From NCBI RefSeq assembly GCF_902713615.1, contig NW_024055457.1, positions 1 to 64,000 of the forward strand: 64,000 nt of DNA, in the 5' to 3' direction. A program made the translations under genes and the position numbers. Below are positions 34,365-47,600 of this stretch, one piece after another. How positions within the stretch are numbered: position 1 is the stretch's first letter; every line of letters starts with the position of its first letter. The notes beneath the pieces were generated by a model. That model was not told the DNA's origin. It saw only the letters and a program-made list of their open reading frames with translations, and ran no database searches. Origin of the DNA: Scyliorhinus canicula (lineage: Eukaryota).

Positions 34365-34993
34365 AATGAAGAGGTATGTTACAGAAACATATATATATAG
34401 ACAAATTCAAAGGTGCAAGACAATGCTTAGAATGCGAGCATTTGCAGGTAATTAAGTCTTTACAGATCCAAAGATAGGGATAACCACAGGATATGAGGTG
34501 TGAATTGTCTCAAGCCAGGACAGTTGGTGGGATTTCACAAGCCCTGGCCAGATGGTTGGGGATTGGGGGGGAAGGGGGGGGGGGGGGGGGGGAGGGGGGG
34601 GAGGGGGGGTTCCCGGGCAGGAATGTTCCCTTCCAGTCGGAGAACACTTCAGCAATCAAGGGCATTCAGCCTCTGATCTCCAGGTAAGTGTTCTCCAAGG
34701 CGGCCTTCAGGGTGCACAAAACCGCAGAATCGCCGAGCAGAAACTTATAGCCAAGTTCCGCACACATGAGCTGGGATTCATGTCGCATTACATTCATCCC
34801 CCAGCATCTGGCCTGGGTTTGCAAAATCCGACCAACTGTCCTGGTTTGAGACAATTCACACCTCTTTAACCTGGGGTTACCCCTATCTCTGGATCTGTAA
34901 AAACGTAATTACCTACAATGCTCGCATTCTAAGCGTTGTCTGGCATCTTTTGAATTGATCAATATATATGTTTCTGGAACCTACCTCTTCATT

Positions 34994-35028
34994 CACCTGA
35001 GGAAGGAGCAGTGCTCCGAAAGCTCGTG
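34994..35028 (+). ncRNA. Minimal type I hammerhead ribozyme motif
   Basis: CAC-CTGAGGA-A-GGAGC(agt)GCTCC-GAA-AGCT-C-GTG; predicted cleavage after C35025. Confidence 0.72.
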
Positions 35029-35254
35029 TTTGAATCAAACCTGTTGGACTTTACCCTGGTGTTGTAAGACTTCTTATTGTGCTCACCCCAGTCCAACGCC
35101 GGCATCTCCACATCAATTAATATTGGTATGGTCTCGCACAGTAATAACTAAAACAGGGAGAAGCGCATCATGTACAGGTACAGAAGCTGGCATTAAATAA
35201 ACAGAGCCGGCGGTGTACCGGAATTACTAAAACAGGGCCTTGGTTAATACAAGT

Positions 35255-35840
35255 GGAGACAGTGCAGTGCAGGTTAGGTGGATTGGCCATTCTAAAAGAT
35301 TTCCCCTGAGTGTGCAAAGGTTAGGTGGGGTTATGGGGAAAGGGTGGAGGAGTGGTCCTCAGTGGACTGTCGTTTTGGAGGGCGGGTGCAGACTCGATGG
35401 GCCGACTGGCTTCCTTCTGCACTGTGGGATTCTATGATTCTTTGAAAAGACCGGGATTCACAATAGCTGGGCATGGTTCTAATGCATTGGTTACTGTTAC
35501 AGGCTAAATATTCATAATAACGGAGACAGTGTGTGCAGCAATGATTAATGGAGGGGAGTCCAGAATCAGGGACACAGTCTAAGGATATAGATGAGGAGAA
35601 ATTTATTGACCTAGAGTGGTGAGCCTGTGGAATTCTCTACCTAACAAAACAGTCGGGGCCAAAACATTGTTTGTTTACTGGAAGGAATTATATATAGTTA
35701 TTGTGGCAAGAGGGATCATAGGATATGGAGGGAAAGCGAGAACAGTTTACTGAGTTGGATGATCAGCAACGATCAGAATGAATGGAAGAGCAAGTTCAAG
35801 GGGCCGAACGGCCTATTCCTTCACCTATTGTCTATGCTTC
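35255..35840 (+). mobile_element. SINE 3' half (35255-35440) and CR1 3' fragment (35540-35840)
   Basis: Homology to other copies in the window. Confidence 0.65.
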
Positions 35841-36359
35841 TATACTTCTATGGTTCTATGTAATGCAAAAAAACCTAAATTAAATATAATCTGAAACAGG
35901 GTCTAGTACAATAATTCCTGATACAGGGTCTAGATTAATATAAACCGAGACAAGGTTGAGTGCAGTGATTTCTGATGGGGGGGGGGGTCTTCAGTAATGT
36001 GAATTTAGACAGGGTTATAGAGCACTAATTGCTGATAGACCGTCGGGATTAATATAAAGTGAGACATATTCTACGGCTGTAATTATTGATGCAGGGTCCA
36101 GATGAACGAAAACTGAGATAAGGTCTAATGCAGTGATTACTGACTGAGGGTATACATTCGTACAAAGCGAGACATGGTCAATTGCAGGGTCGGCCCAAGA
36201 TTAATGTTAATCAATGTAGGGCCGAGTGTGATGTTCACCGTTACACGTTTGAGATTATAGACATTAAGACATATGTGCGTTTTTTTCTGAGTGTTAGTGT
36301 GTGTGGACATTTTCACACCAAACTCCTGCACAAATAATTCCTTTGTTTTATACACCAAT

Positions 36360-36830
36360 TAATGGGACGGAGTATGGGGAACTTTACTCTCCACATACCC
36401 TGCGTTTTTCCTGCTCTGCAAGTATCTGATGGTCCGCCAAAAAGGAAGCTTTACTCTGTTCTTCACATGTGCTTTACCTGTCCTTCACATGTTAGATGGC
36501 GGATGTTGTGGAGGGGGCTTTGCTCTGTACTGTACCTGTCCTTCGAGTATTTCAGGGGAGATTGTAAAGCGAAGTTTACTCAGTAACTAAATGTTTACTG
36601 TTGGGGCCCTGGGAGTATATAATGGGACAGGTTTTCGGAAATTTTATTCATTATCGAAACGTGTGATGCATTTGCCATGAGAGTGTTTAGTGGTTCAGTG
36701 TGCAGGAAGCTTTGCTCTGTATATAACCCCGTTCTGTACCTGGCCTGCGAGAATTTGACGGAATAGTTTAGACAAGCAGAGCGTTACGAAAGCTGTCCTT
36801 GGAATTCTGATGGGACACGAGGAATGGAAA
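36360..36830. repeat. Degenerate tandem repeat family (...CTGTACCTGTCC...GGGACAG...), also at ~46660-46760 and 52720-53290
   Basis: Recurrent degenerate units; period not determined precisely. Confidence 0.5.
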
Positions 36831-37149
36831 GGTCTGGGACAACTATCTTAATGTCTGTGTCATATTTGAAAAGTGGGGAAAATTGATGCTCAGGTGATTA
36901 AAGGGGCAGCAGCAGAATGTGTACAACAGTGACTAAAGGACAGAATACAGTGTAGCTGGAAACAATTGTTTCACATTGGGTGGGGTACAGAGTGTTATTC
37001 TCCAGTGGGTAATATTAGCAGCACTGCTTTTTCTGTTATATATTAATACACAGGATTCGGGACTCGGGTTCACAGGATATGAATTGAAAAGTTGCATTTG
37101 TCTCCCAAATTGACAATATAGTAAACAGGGAAGAGGATTACATACATAG

Positions 37150-37500
37150 ATACATAGAAGTTAGGAGCAGGAGGAGGCCTTTTGGCCCTTCGAGCCTGCT
37201 CTGCCATTTATCACGATCAGGGCTGATCATCCAATTCAATAGCCTAATCCAGCTTTCTCCCCACAGCATTTGATCCCATTCTCCCCAAGTGCTATATCTA
37301 GCCGCCTCTTGAACATATTCAATGTTTTAGGATCAACTATTTCCTGTGGTAATGAATTCCACAGGCTCACCACTCTTTGGGTGAAGAAATGTCTCCTCAT
37401 CTCTGTCCGAAATGAATCCTGAATCCTCAGACTATGGCCCCTGGTTCTGGACAAACCCATCATTGGGAACGTCTTCCCTGCATCTACACTGTCGATCCTG
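37150..37500 (-). mobile_element. CR1-type LINE 3' end
   Basis: SRTRGHSLRI...RRHFFTQRVVSLWNSLPQ. Confidence 0.85.
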
Positions 37501-37889
37501 TTAGAATTTTATAAGTCTCTATGAGATCCCCACTCATTCTTCTGAACTCCAGCGAAAACAATCCTTATGTAGTAATTCTCTCCTCGTATGACAGTCCTGC
37601 CACCTCTGGTGTTGTAACAAGGGTGTGTCCAGCCTGGCTCCAACAGGTCGCTGACTTCTTCATGTACACAGGCAGATAGATGGCAGATAAAATTCAATGC
37701 TGAGAAGAGATGCTTTAAAACAATTTTTTTTGGGGGGGAGGGGTCGTTTGTATGAAAAATTAGAAAACCAAAGTTAAAGAGAAGGTGAGAGTGCAGGTTA
37801 ATGATCAGGACATTAACCGAATAAAACGGGCCAAGGGCTCGGGGGGGGGGGGGGTAGTAAAGTTTCCAGAACACGTACTAGAGTAGGGA

Positions 37890-39890
37890 GTGTGGAAAGT
37901 GGCAGGTATGCAACTTCAGGCACAGCAGAAAACTGGAGAACGATGAGAAGGAGTGGTCAACGCAGAGCTGCGAGTGTTGTACCTGAATGTGCGCAGTATA
38001 CGGAACAAGGTAAATGAACTCATTGTGCACATTGTAATTGGCCGGTACGATGTTGTGGACACCACAGAGACTTGGCTGCAAGGGGATCAGTGCTGGAATC
38101 TAAATATCCAAGGATATCTGTCCTATCGAAAGGACAGGCAGATGGGAAAAGGGGGCGGGGTTGCATTGTGAGTAAGGAATGAAATTAACTCAATAGCAAG
38201 AAGCAATGTAAGGTAAGAAGGCGTAGAATCCCTGTGGGCAGAGTTGGCGAATCGCAAAGGAAAAAATACGCTGATGAGAGTTAAGTACAGCCCCCTAGCC
38301 ATAGTCAGAATGTGGGGCACAAAATAAATCAGGAGATGTAAAAACGCATATACGGGAGGCAATATTACAATAATCATGGGGGACTTCAATATGCAGGAGA
38401 ATAGGGAAAGGCAGGTTGGTAGCAGATCCCAAGAAATGGAATTTGTGGAATATCGATGAAAAGTTTTTTTGGAGCAGCTTGTGATAGAGGTCAGTCGAGA
38501 ACAGGCAATTCTACATTTGCTGATGTGTAATAAGAACATAAGAACATAAGAACTAGGAGCAGGAGTAGGCCATCTGGCCCCTCGAGCCTGCTCCGCCATT
38601 CAATTAGATCATGGCTGATCTTTTGTGGACTCAGCTCCACTTTCCGGCCCGAACACCATAACCCTTAATCCCTTTATTCTTCAAAAAACTATCTATCTTT
38701 ACCTTAAAAACATGTAATGAAGGAGCCTCAACTACTTCACTGGGCAAGGAATTCCATAGATTCACAACCCTTTGGGTGAAGAAGTTCCTCCTAAACTCAG
38801 TCCTAAATCTACTTCCCCTTATTTTGAGGCTATGCCCCCTAGTTCTGCTGTCACCCGCCAGTGGAAACAACCTGCCCGCATCTATCCTATCTATTCCCTT
38901 CATAATTTTAAATGTTTCTATAAGATCCCCCCTCATCCTTCTAAATTCCAACGAGTACAGTCCCAGTCTACTCAACCTCTCCTCATAATCCAACCCCTTC
39001 AGCTCTGGGATTAACCTAGTGAATCTCCTCTGCACACCCTCCAGTGCCAGTACGTCCTTTCTCTAGTAAGGAGACCAAAACTGAACACAATACTCCAGGT
39101 GTGGCCGCACTAACACCTTATACAATTGCAACATAACCTCCCTAGTCTTAAACTCCATCCCTCTAGCAATGAAGGACAAAATTCAATTTGCCTTCTTAAT
39201 CACCTGTTGCACTTGTAAACCAACCTTCTGTGACTCATGCACTAGCACACCCAAGTCTCTCTGAACAGCGGCATGCTTTAATATTTTATCGTTTAAATAA
39301 TAATCCCGTTTGCTGTTATTCCTACCAAAATGGATAACCTCACATTTGTCAACATTGTATTCCATCTGCCAGACCCGAGCCCATTCACTTAACCTATCCA
39401 AATCCCTCTGCAGACTTCCAGTATCCTCTGCACTTTTCGCTTTACCACTCATCTTAGTGTCTTACCACTCATCTTAGTGTCATGAGGTCGACTTGACTAG
39501 GGAACTGAAGGAGAAGGAACCCTCACGGGGCAGTGACCACAATATGATAGAATTCATCCTGCAGTTTGGAGGTCGAACCTGGAGTCAAATGTAACGGTAT
39601 TACAATTGAATAAAGTTAACTACAAAGATAAAGGGAGGAGCTGGCCAGAGTTGATTAAAAGGGAACTGAGCAGGGAAGACAGTGGAACAACAGTGGCAGG
39701 ACGTTTTGGGGACTATTCGCGAGGCACTGCATAAATTAATCCCAATGAGGAGGAAACATGAGGACAGAGCATCCACGGTTGACAAGGGAAGTCAAGGACA
39801 GCATAAAAGCAAAGGAATAAACAGACAATGTGGCAAAGATTGATGGGATGCCAGAGGATACGAAAGTCTTTAAAAGCTGATGTAATGTAA
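37890..39890 (+). mobile_element. Older CR1-type LINE ORF2 (APE endonuclease region) split by a nested insertion
   Basis: LRVLYLNVRSIRNKVNEL...TETWL...YRKDRQMGKGGGVAL. The sequence resumes after 39482. Confidence 0.85.
38532..39481 (-). mobile_element. Young 5'-truncated CR1-type LINE nested in the older LINE
   Basis: ORFs 39183-39452 and 38631-39035 are in one frame, separated by a stop. It has a tandem (TTCTTATG)-type tail at 38532-38553 and a 20-bp tandem duplication at its 5' end (39442-39481). Confidence 0.92.
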
Positions 39891-39929
39891 AAGCTAATAA
39901 AGATTTTTATTATTACTTTTGAACTGGGG

Positions 39930-40865
39930 GCACTGATGCTACGTTTTCAGACGATGCAAAGATACGTAGAGGAATAGGTTGTGCTGAGGAAGCAGAGAGG
40001 CTGCAGAAAGACCTGGTCAGGCTAAGAGAGTGGGCAAAGAAGTAGCAGATAGAATGCAATGTAGAAATGTTTGAGGTTCCGCACTTTGGAGGAAACATAG
40101 AGTATTTTCTAATTGGGGTAGGGCTTAGGAAATCAGAAGCTCAAATGGACTTCCGAATTCTAGTTGAGGATTCTCTTAAGGTTAACTTGAAGGATCAGTT
40201 CGCAGCAAGGAAGGCAAATGCAATTTTAGCATTCATGTTGCGAGGGCTAGATTACAGGAACAGGGATGTAACTGTTGAGGCTCTATAAGGTCAGACTCCC
40301 ATCTGGAATATCGTGAGCAGTTTTGGTCCCCTTTTCTAAGGAAGGATGTGCTGGCCTTGGAGAAGCTCCAGAGAAGATTCACAAGTCTGATCCTCGGAAC
40401 GACGGACTTTTCATAAAAAGAGCAGTTGAGGACTCTGGGTCTGTGCAGGATAGAGTTTAGAAGGATGAGGTGCTGTGGGGGGTGAGGGCGCGGGTGGTGG
40501 GGTTGGCGGAGAGGAGGAGCGGGGGGGGGGGGGGTCTCATTGAAACTTACAGAAAAGCGAGAGACCCAGTAGGTGAAACTAGAACCCGAGGGCACAGCCT
40601 CAGATTTAAGGGACGATCCTTCAAAACTGAGAAGAGGAGCAATTTATTCAGCCAGAGGGTCTTGAATCTTTGGAACTCATTCCCGCAGAAGGCTGTGGAG
40701 GCCAAATCACTGAGTGTCTTTAAGATAGAGATAGACAGGTTCTTGATTAATAAGGGGATCAGGGATTGTGGGGAGAAGGCAGGAAAATGGGGATTAGAAA
40801 CATAACAGTCACGATTGAATGCGGAGCACACTCGATGGACTGAAAGGCCGGGTTCCGCTCCTATC
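39930..40865 (+). mobile_element. CR1-type LINE RT 3' part
   Basis: GETRTRGHSLRFKGRSFKTEKRSNLFSQRVLNLWNSFPQ. Confidence 0.85.
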
Positions 40866-41263
40866 TCTTATGATTTTATGGTAGGAAGACCATCTATGGA
40901 CGGCTTGATTGCCGTCGCAGATATGGTGGGTGGAAGGGCGTCTTTTTATACTGTAAAACACTCAGACTCCATGACCCTATGACAGGGTCTAAAGCAATGA
41001 TCACTAATGCAGGGTGTAGATTAACTTAAATTCAGATTGCATCTCGTGCAGTGATTGCTGATCCAGGGTCTCGATTACCATAAACAGAGACAGGTTCTAG
41101 TGGAGCGATTACTCCTACAAAGTTTGATTAACCTTCAATGAGATAGGACCTAAAGCAGTGATTATTCATATAGTATCTAGAATATTATAAACTTCAGAAC
41201 AGCAACCACAACACCACAAAATCCTGCCAGGGTAATCTCTGCACGACATGCCAGATCATCGAC

Positions 41264-41686
41264 ATGGACACCACCATTACACGTGGAAACACCACCCACC
41301 AGGTACGCGGCGCATACTCGTGCGACTCGACCAATGTAGTCTACCTCATACGCTGCAGGAAAGGATGTCCCGAAGCGTGGTACATTGGCGAGACCATGCA
41401 GACACTGCGACAACGAATAAACGGGCATCGTGCGACTATCAACAGGCAGGACTGTTCCCTTCCAGTTGGGGAACACTTCAGCAGTCAAGGACATTCAGCC
41501 TCTGATCTCCGGGTCAGCATTCTACAAGGAGGCCTTCAGGAGACGCGACAACGCAAAATTGCTGAGCAAAAACTTATAGCTAGGTTCCGCATGCATGAAT
41601 GCGGACTCAACCGGGATCTGGGATTCATGTCGCATTACATTCGGCCCCCACCAACAAGCCTGGACTTGCAGAGGCCTACCGACTGA
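41264..41686 (+). CDS. GIY-YIG endonuclease domain of a Penelope-like element (partial)
   Basis: NVVYLIRC...WYIGETMQTLRQRINGHR...AEQKLIARF...GLNRD. Confidence 0.85.
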   Translation: MDTTITRGNTTHQVRGAYSCDSTNVVYLIRCRKGCPEAWYIGETMQTLRQRINGHRATINRQDCSLPVGEHFSSQGHSASDLRVSILQGGLQETRQRKIAEQKLIARFRMHECGLNRDLGFMSHYIRPPPTSLDLQRPTD

Positions 41687-41831
41687 ACTGGCTTGGGACA
41701 ATTCACACCTCTTTAACCTGGAGTTACCTCTCTCTCTGCATCTTTGATGATTTGATTGCCTGCAGGTGCTCGCATTCCGGGGCATCTCTGACTGTGTCTA
41801 TATAAACATTTCTGGAACAAGCCTTTCCATT

Positions 41832-41866
41832 CACCTGAAGAAGGAGCCGTGCTCCGAAAGCTCGTG
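41832..41866 (+). ncRNA. Minimal type I hammerhead ribozyme motif
   Basis: CAC-CTGAAGA-A-GGAGC(cgt)GCTCC-GAA-AGCT-C-GTG. Confidence 0.72.
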
Positions 41867-42884
41867 TTTGAAACAAACCTGTTGGACTTTAACCTGGTGT
41901 TGTAAGACTTCTTACTGTGCTCACCCCAGTCCAACGCCGGCATCTCCACATCATTTTAAACTGAGACAGGGTCTATTGCAGTCATTCCTTCTCAGGGTCT
42001 GGATTAATATATGTATAAAGAGTTAATAGGCCATATTATTAAAAACGTGGTCGACTAGGCTGGTTATGGGATGATTTTAATAAGGGAATTGAGGTAAAGA
42101 GGAGTACTGTTGAAGGGACTTTAGTTGGCGGATTAGTTGCCTGAATACTCTGTATTTATGTTAACTGGCTGCTCGACTATATCTCATGTAAATAGGCACT
42201 TGGCAAAGCATGATGGATATTTAGCCTTATTTTTAGTCAAGAAGTTCTGTATGAAGCAGTCAGTGTAAACAAGCATACAGCTGCACACTGTTTTGCTGAC
42301 AGCAGACAATTATTATTTTTCTTAGGCGAGGAACTCAAGGCCTGTACTTAAACTCAACTCCGGCCTGCTCGCTTTTCTCCCTTTTTGCTAATCTAAAGAA
42401 TGCATTTTGTCCAAGATATTGCTTACTATAACTTATAAATTGCTTGCCTTACCTCTGTAAAGCGGGGACTTTTGGAATGACTGTGGTCTTTCTAATCCCC
42501 CCACGAACTTCGTGTTAAATAAAGAACCTTTGGCGAAAACTCGAAGTGCTGACTATTAATTTCTTCAACAAGTAGGGAATGAATACCAGAGCTTAGGACA
42601 GAGACATATGAAGACATCGAAAAGTGAACTAAATAATTCAGAAGATAACATTACATCTTGATCGATTGGAGTTGCAAAAAATAAGAAAAATGTTTCATAT
42701 GCACACCTACACGAACGGTCAATACGTGTTTGCAGCGATTTTAGTAGTTCTTCTTAACCAGATGAGTGTTGTATGATTGGGTGGGCATTTCTCCTATGAG
42801 TGCCCACCATTACCATCGTGGCGATACTGTGAGAACACGGTTATGTCTAACTCTGCCAGTGCATTAGGTGATGGGTTAATATAT

Positions 42885-43060
42885 TTTAAAAATAAGTTTA
42901 GAGTACCCAATTATTTTTTCCAGTTAAGGAGCAATTTAGCGTGGCCAATCCTCCTACCTTGCACGTCTTTGGGTTGTGGGGGTGAAACCCACGCAGACAC
43001 AGGGAGAATGTGCAAAATCCACACGGACAGTGACTTAGGCCCGGGATTCGAACAGGTGAT
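42885..43060 (-). mobile_element. Short HE1-like SINE
   Basis: Reverse complement of the family. Confidence 0.75.
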
Positions 43061-44361
43061 TGGTTAATATAAATGGAGGCATGAAAATAATCACCATCGT
43101 GAAAAAAAACGTTCCAATCGATAGAACATAACACAAGAGTAAATTCATAATTTTGAACAAAACAGAGATTTCCTCTAAATTTTGGAAATTGCTGTGCACC
43201 GGTGTTCACATGTAGACATGTCTCCCAAGACCAGTTCATTCCTGGGATGTTGGTAAAATATTCAACTCAATATTGCCCACACGATAGCAGAGCAAATACA
43301 CATTTAATACAACTACTTATAGATATTAACAGGAATTAACATAATCTCATAATCAACGATGATTGTACTTGGAGAAACAAGCAAACATGTACAATCATTT
43401 ATAATATTGAGAGACAACAGGAACATGGTCCGGTGTAATATCAACAGAGACAGGCCCTGGTGTGATGTAAAGAAACAAATTCCTGTGGAATATAATAGAG
43501 ACGGAACTTAATGTAATCTAATCCTATGCATATTCTAGCGTATTATTAACTGAGTGTAGCACACACAGTACAGTGTAGTATAGACAGTGACAGGGATTGC
43601 TTTAATAGAAATAAAGACAGGGTCTCATTCAACATGAGAATAAACAGATTTGATGTAATACAGTGCATAGAAAATAGAGCCGAAGTAGACCATTCTGCCC
43701 TTCGAACCTGCACCGCTATTCATTCTGATCATGGCTGATCATCCACCTAAATAACCTGTTCCCACTTTCCCCCATATCATTTGGTCGCTCCAGAGTTTTG
43801 ATCCCCAAGAGCTTTATCTAACTCCTTCTTGAAAACATACAATACTTTGGAGTCAACTTCGCTCTGTGGTAGAGAATTACACAGGTTCATAATATTACCC
43901 CTCATCTCAGTATTAAATGGTTTACCCCGTATCCTTAGACTGTGACCCCTGGTTCTACCTTCCCCGCCATCGGACACATCTTTTCTGCATCCGCCCTGTC
44001 TCGTCCTGTTACAATTTGATCGGTTTATAATCAGAGGGTGGATTTAATATTTCATAAATTAGTGTCTTCTGTTTTCTGACCTTCCTGCCAGTGAATCAAG
44101 TTTCTTCCTAATTAATCAAACAAAACCCTGAATAATTTTGACAATTTTTACACGCATCCCATAACATGCTCGGTTCTGAGGAAAACAATCCGAGCTTCCA
44201 ACCGCTGTGACCGTGCAGCTCATACAGTGTGAAGACCCAGTTGTATATATTTTTATGCCTTGCTTGTGTTCAGATGCCATTCTTGGAATTACTGACATTT
44301 TATATGGAGCCAGTGGAATTCCCATTCACCAATACCATCGTGTTAGAACAAGTTGTAAGAC

Positions 44362-44585
44362 GGGAGCAGCACGGTGGTGCAGTTGTTAGCACTGCTGCCT
44401 CACGGCGCCGAGTCCCAGGTTCGATTCCGGCTTTGGGTCCCTGGGCATGTGGAGTTTGCACATTCTCCCCGTGTTTGCGTGGGTTTTGCCCCCACAACCC
44501 AAAGATGTGCAGCGTAGGTGGATTGGCCACGCTAAAAAGCCAATTAATCGGGAAAAAATAATTGGGTATTCTAAATTTATAAAAG
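44362..44585 (+). mobile_element. Short HE1-like SINE, absent from duplication copy 2
   Basis: GGGAGCAGCACGGTGG start; imperfect 16-bp flanking duplication. Confidence 0.8.
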
Positions 44586-46858
44586 AATAAGTCACAAGAC
44601 TAATAAAAGACTAGCCTCTTAAAATTAAATTGACCCATGTAAGGCTGCACCCAGAATTAGAACTTTAGATACACTGAGCAATATCTCAGAATGTAATGTC
44701 AAAATGCAAAGCATGATAGGTCAATAGTCTTGTTTCATGAGAATCAATATCACCTCTCACGACAGCCTGTGATCAAATGCAGGAGTATTTTATGTTTCAG
44801 TTGTTCCATCTTTTAGATGTGATTATATTACAGCCTTAGGGCTGCTTCGCAATATTGTTGCTGGACTGGTAATCTGGAGGCCTGAACTATTACTCCAGAG
44901 GCAGTACAAATTCCACCAGGGCATATTGCAATGATGTGAGCAGTTTTGGTCTCCTTACCTAAGGATAGATATTTTGGAGGCAGTCCAGAGAAGGTGCATG
45001 GGTCGAATGGCCAACTTCTGCTCCTACATCTTATGGTTTTATAATTGAATGAATTAATAAATCAGCAATAAAAATCGTCGTGTCATTCATAATACTCATG
45101 AAGCTCTTGAAATTTCCCAAAGCTCAGCAGGTTCACCAATGTCCTTCAGGAAAATAAATCTTCCCGCCTTCCCCTGTCTGGCCAATATGTAACTAGTTCA
45201 GCAATGATGTGGTTGACGCTTAACTACCTCTGATATTACCGAGCAAGCCAGTCAGTCGAAGAGAATCTGCTACATAAAGTCAAATGTAAATTCAACCGTG
45301 CAAAGTGCACCTTATCTAAAAGGTGGTTCTCATCCGGCTTCACAGGATGGACAGTTAATGCTGACTTTGTCAGTGAGGGTCATAGGCCGGGAATGAATGT
45401 TAAAAATAGTGCAAAGTGCTGCAGAATCCGGAAATCTAAAACAAAAATAAAATAAAAAAGGCTGCTCAGCAGGTCAGTGAGCATCAGCAGAGAGAGAAAC
45501 AGATTCACATTTCTAGTGGATTGCCTCATTTACATAATTCTAAAGAGTAGAGCTGATTTTCCCAGTATCCTCGACCAATGTCCGTTCTTGAACATAAATC
45601 ACAGATTGGTTGGTCACTGATCACATTTCAGGTTGTGGGATCTTGCTGTGCACAAAATCCCTGCTATGTTTCCAACATTACAGCAGTGACTAAATTCAGC
45701 AAAAATACATCAGTGAGTTTTCAGGGCGTTGGGATGACCTGAGGTCGGGTACAGCGTTTTACAAAAGGAAGCTCTTTCCAAATGTTAACATTTTAAAATG
45801 CAGGTTGTAAGATTTTGAAAGATCTGAAATTAATGTGAGTATAGATCACTCCTCTGCCTGATGTTTTAATTTATCTACTTTAAATCGGTTACTATTTCAA
45901 TCAAATTAGCATTCAGTGGAATAACAGCCTGGTTAAAGATGCTTTATTAATTGAGACATCAGAACTTTCAGAATTAATACTTAATTCAACTGTATTCTTT
46001 AATTCAATTAAGTAACATCTGATCTAATGGAGGGTTCTATACATTTTAACAGACTGTAAATATTCTTAAAATAACCCGCTATTTTGAGTTGAAATTAATC
46101 AATAAGTGGCTGTGTTTATCTCGTTTTGCTGACATTGTGCCAGTGAGATGTTTATGTAAATAAACACAGAAATAGAAGGCCCAGTTTAGATTGCAGATTG
46201 ACAAAAACAAAACAACTATTTCCCCGCCGACACAGCACAGAAATAGCGATGAAGATGTAAATAGATTAACGGATTCAAGTAGTAATTGTTTTTGGACATG
46301 TGTTTCTTCATCAGTTATATGAGAAAAATGTCATCATGATATCTATGTTCAGAATGAGGAACGTTTCCCTTTAATCTCGAATATTATGACATGCCAAATG
46401 TGTTCGTAGAGTTTTCATGTATCTGATATCTGTGTCTTTTTCCCAATTGGTTCTGTCTCATGTCTCTCCACGATGGGTCATTGTCTGTAATCGACAAATT
46501 GAAGTCAACATGTGCCCAATATATTCTCTCAGCCCGATCACACCCCATTGGCTTCCAACTAAATGGATCTAATCCAATGAATTGGAATACATAGAGAGAG
46601 TTTTCTTCTAAAATGTGGTTAGAGCATTCAATTACCTTGTTGTGTTTAATCAGAACTGTAGAGAAAATTTTACTCTGTATCTAACCTGAGCTGCACAGAG
46701 TGGTGAGGATTTGATGTGGCAGTGCCGTATGATCTTTCCCTATATATAACCAGTCTGAGAGACATAGATAGTTTCTTGATTAATAAGGGGATCAGGGGTA
46801 TGGGGAGATAACAGGAGATGGGCGATTAGAAACATAACAGTCATGATTGAATGAGGAG

Positions 46859-47077
46859 GGGCAGCACGGTGGCGCAGTGTTTAGCATAGCTGCCTCACAG
46901 TGCCGAGGTCGATCCTGTCCCTGGGTCACTGTCCGTGTGGAGTTTGCACATACTCCCCGTGTTTGCGCGGGTTTCGCCGCCACAACCCAAAAGATGTGCA
47001 GGGTAGGTGGATTGGCCACGCTAAGTTGCCCCTTCATTGGAAAAAATGAATTGCTGATTCTAAATTTATTTTTAAAA
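46859..47077 (+). mobile_element. Short HE1-like SINE with a perfect 16-bp target-site duplication
   Basis: ATGATTGAATGAGGAG at 46843-46858 and 47078-47093; the empty site is seen in copy 1 at ~40810. Confidence 0.93.
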
Positions 47078-47319
47078 ATGATTGAATGAGGAGCACACTC
47101 GATGGGCCTAATGGTCTAGTTCTGCTCATGTGTCTTATGGTTTTATGGTACGAAGACCATCTGTGGACGATCTTAGAATAGATAGGTGCTTGATTGCCAT
47201 CGCCGATACGATGGATGGAAGGGCGTCATTCTGTATTGTAAACCTCTAAGACTCCATGGCTCTATGACAAGGTCTAAAACGATTATCACTCATACAGGGT
47301 GGAGATTAACCTAAACTAA

Positions 47320-47600
47320 TCCAAAAACCTTTATTGCCACAAGTAGGCTTACATTAACACTGCAATTAAGCTACTGTCAAAAGCTACTCGTCGCAGCATT
47401 CAGGCGCCTGTTCGGGTACACAGAGGGAGAACTCAGAAAGTCAAAGTTACCGCACGTCATTCGGGGCACGTGGGAGGAAACCATAACACCAGAGGAAACC
47501 CACACAGAACACAGGGAGAACGTGCAGACTCCGCACAGTGACCCAAGTCAGGAATCAAACCTGGGACCACGGCGCTGTGAAGCAACAGTGCCACTGAGAT
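47320..47600 (-). mobile_element. SINE
   Basis: Reverse-complement SINE head at ~47520-47595. Confidence 0.65.

Larger units (their letters stand above)
34283..35112. mobile_element. Penelope-like element with inverted terminal repeat arms and a partial GIY-YIG C-terminus
   Basis: Arm 34283-34565 is the reverse complement of ~34795-35075. The internal translation reads CSLPVGEHFSNQGHSASDL...IAEQKLIAKFRTHELG. Confidence 0.88.
41175..41955 (+). mobile_element. 5'-truncated Penelope-like element, present only in duplication copy 1
   Basis: GIY-YIG ORF followed by the 3' terminal repeat with a hammerhead motif. Confidence 0.9.

Noticed and set aside
44200-44340. LYIFLCLAC...DAILGIT resembling a GPCR/olfactory receptor TM2
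   Set aside because: It needs a frameshift, has stops in the duplicate copy, and no other TM helices are recognisable. A tBLASTn hit to a 7TM family would revive it.
47534-47561. CACAGTG + 12 bp + AATCAAACC resembling a 12-RSS (similar at ~58320)
   Set aside because: It lies within SINE sequence, the nonamer is weak, and there is no D or J coding segment.
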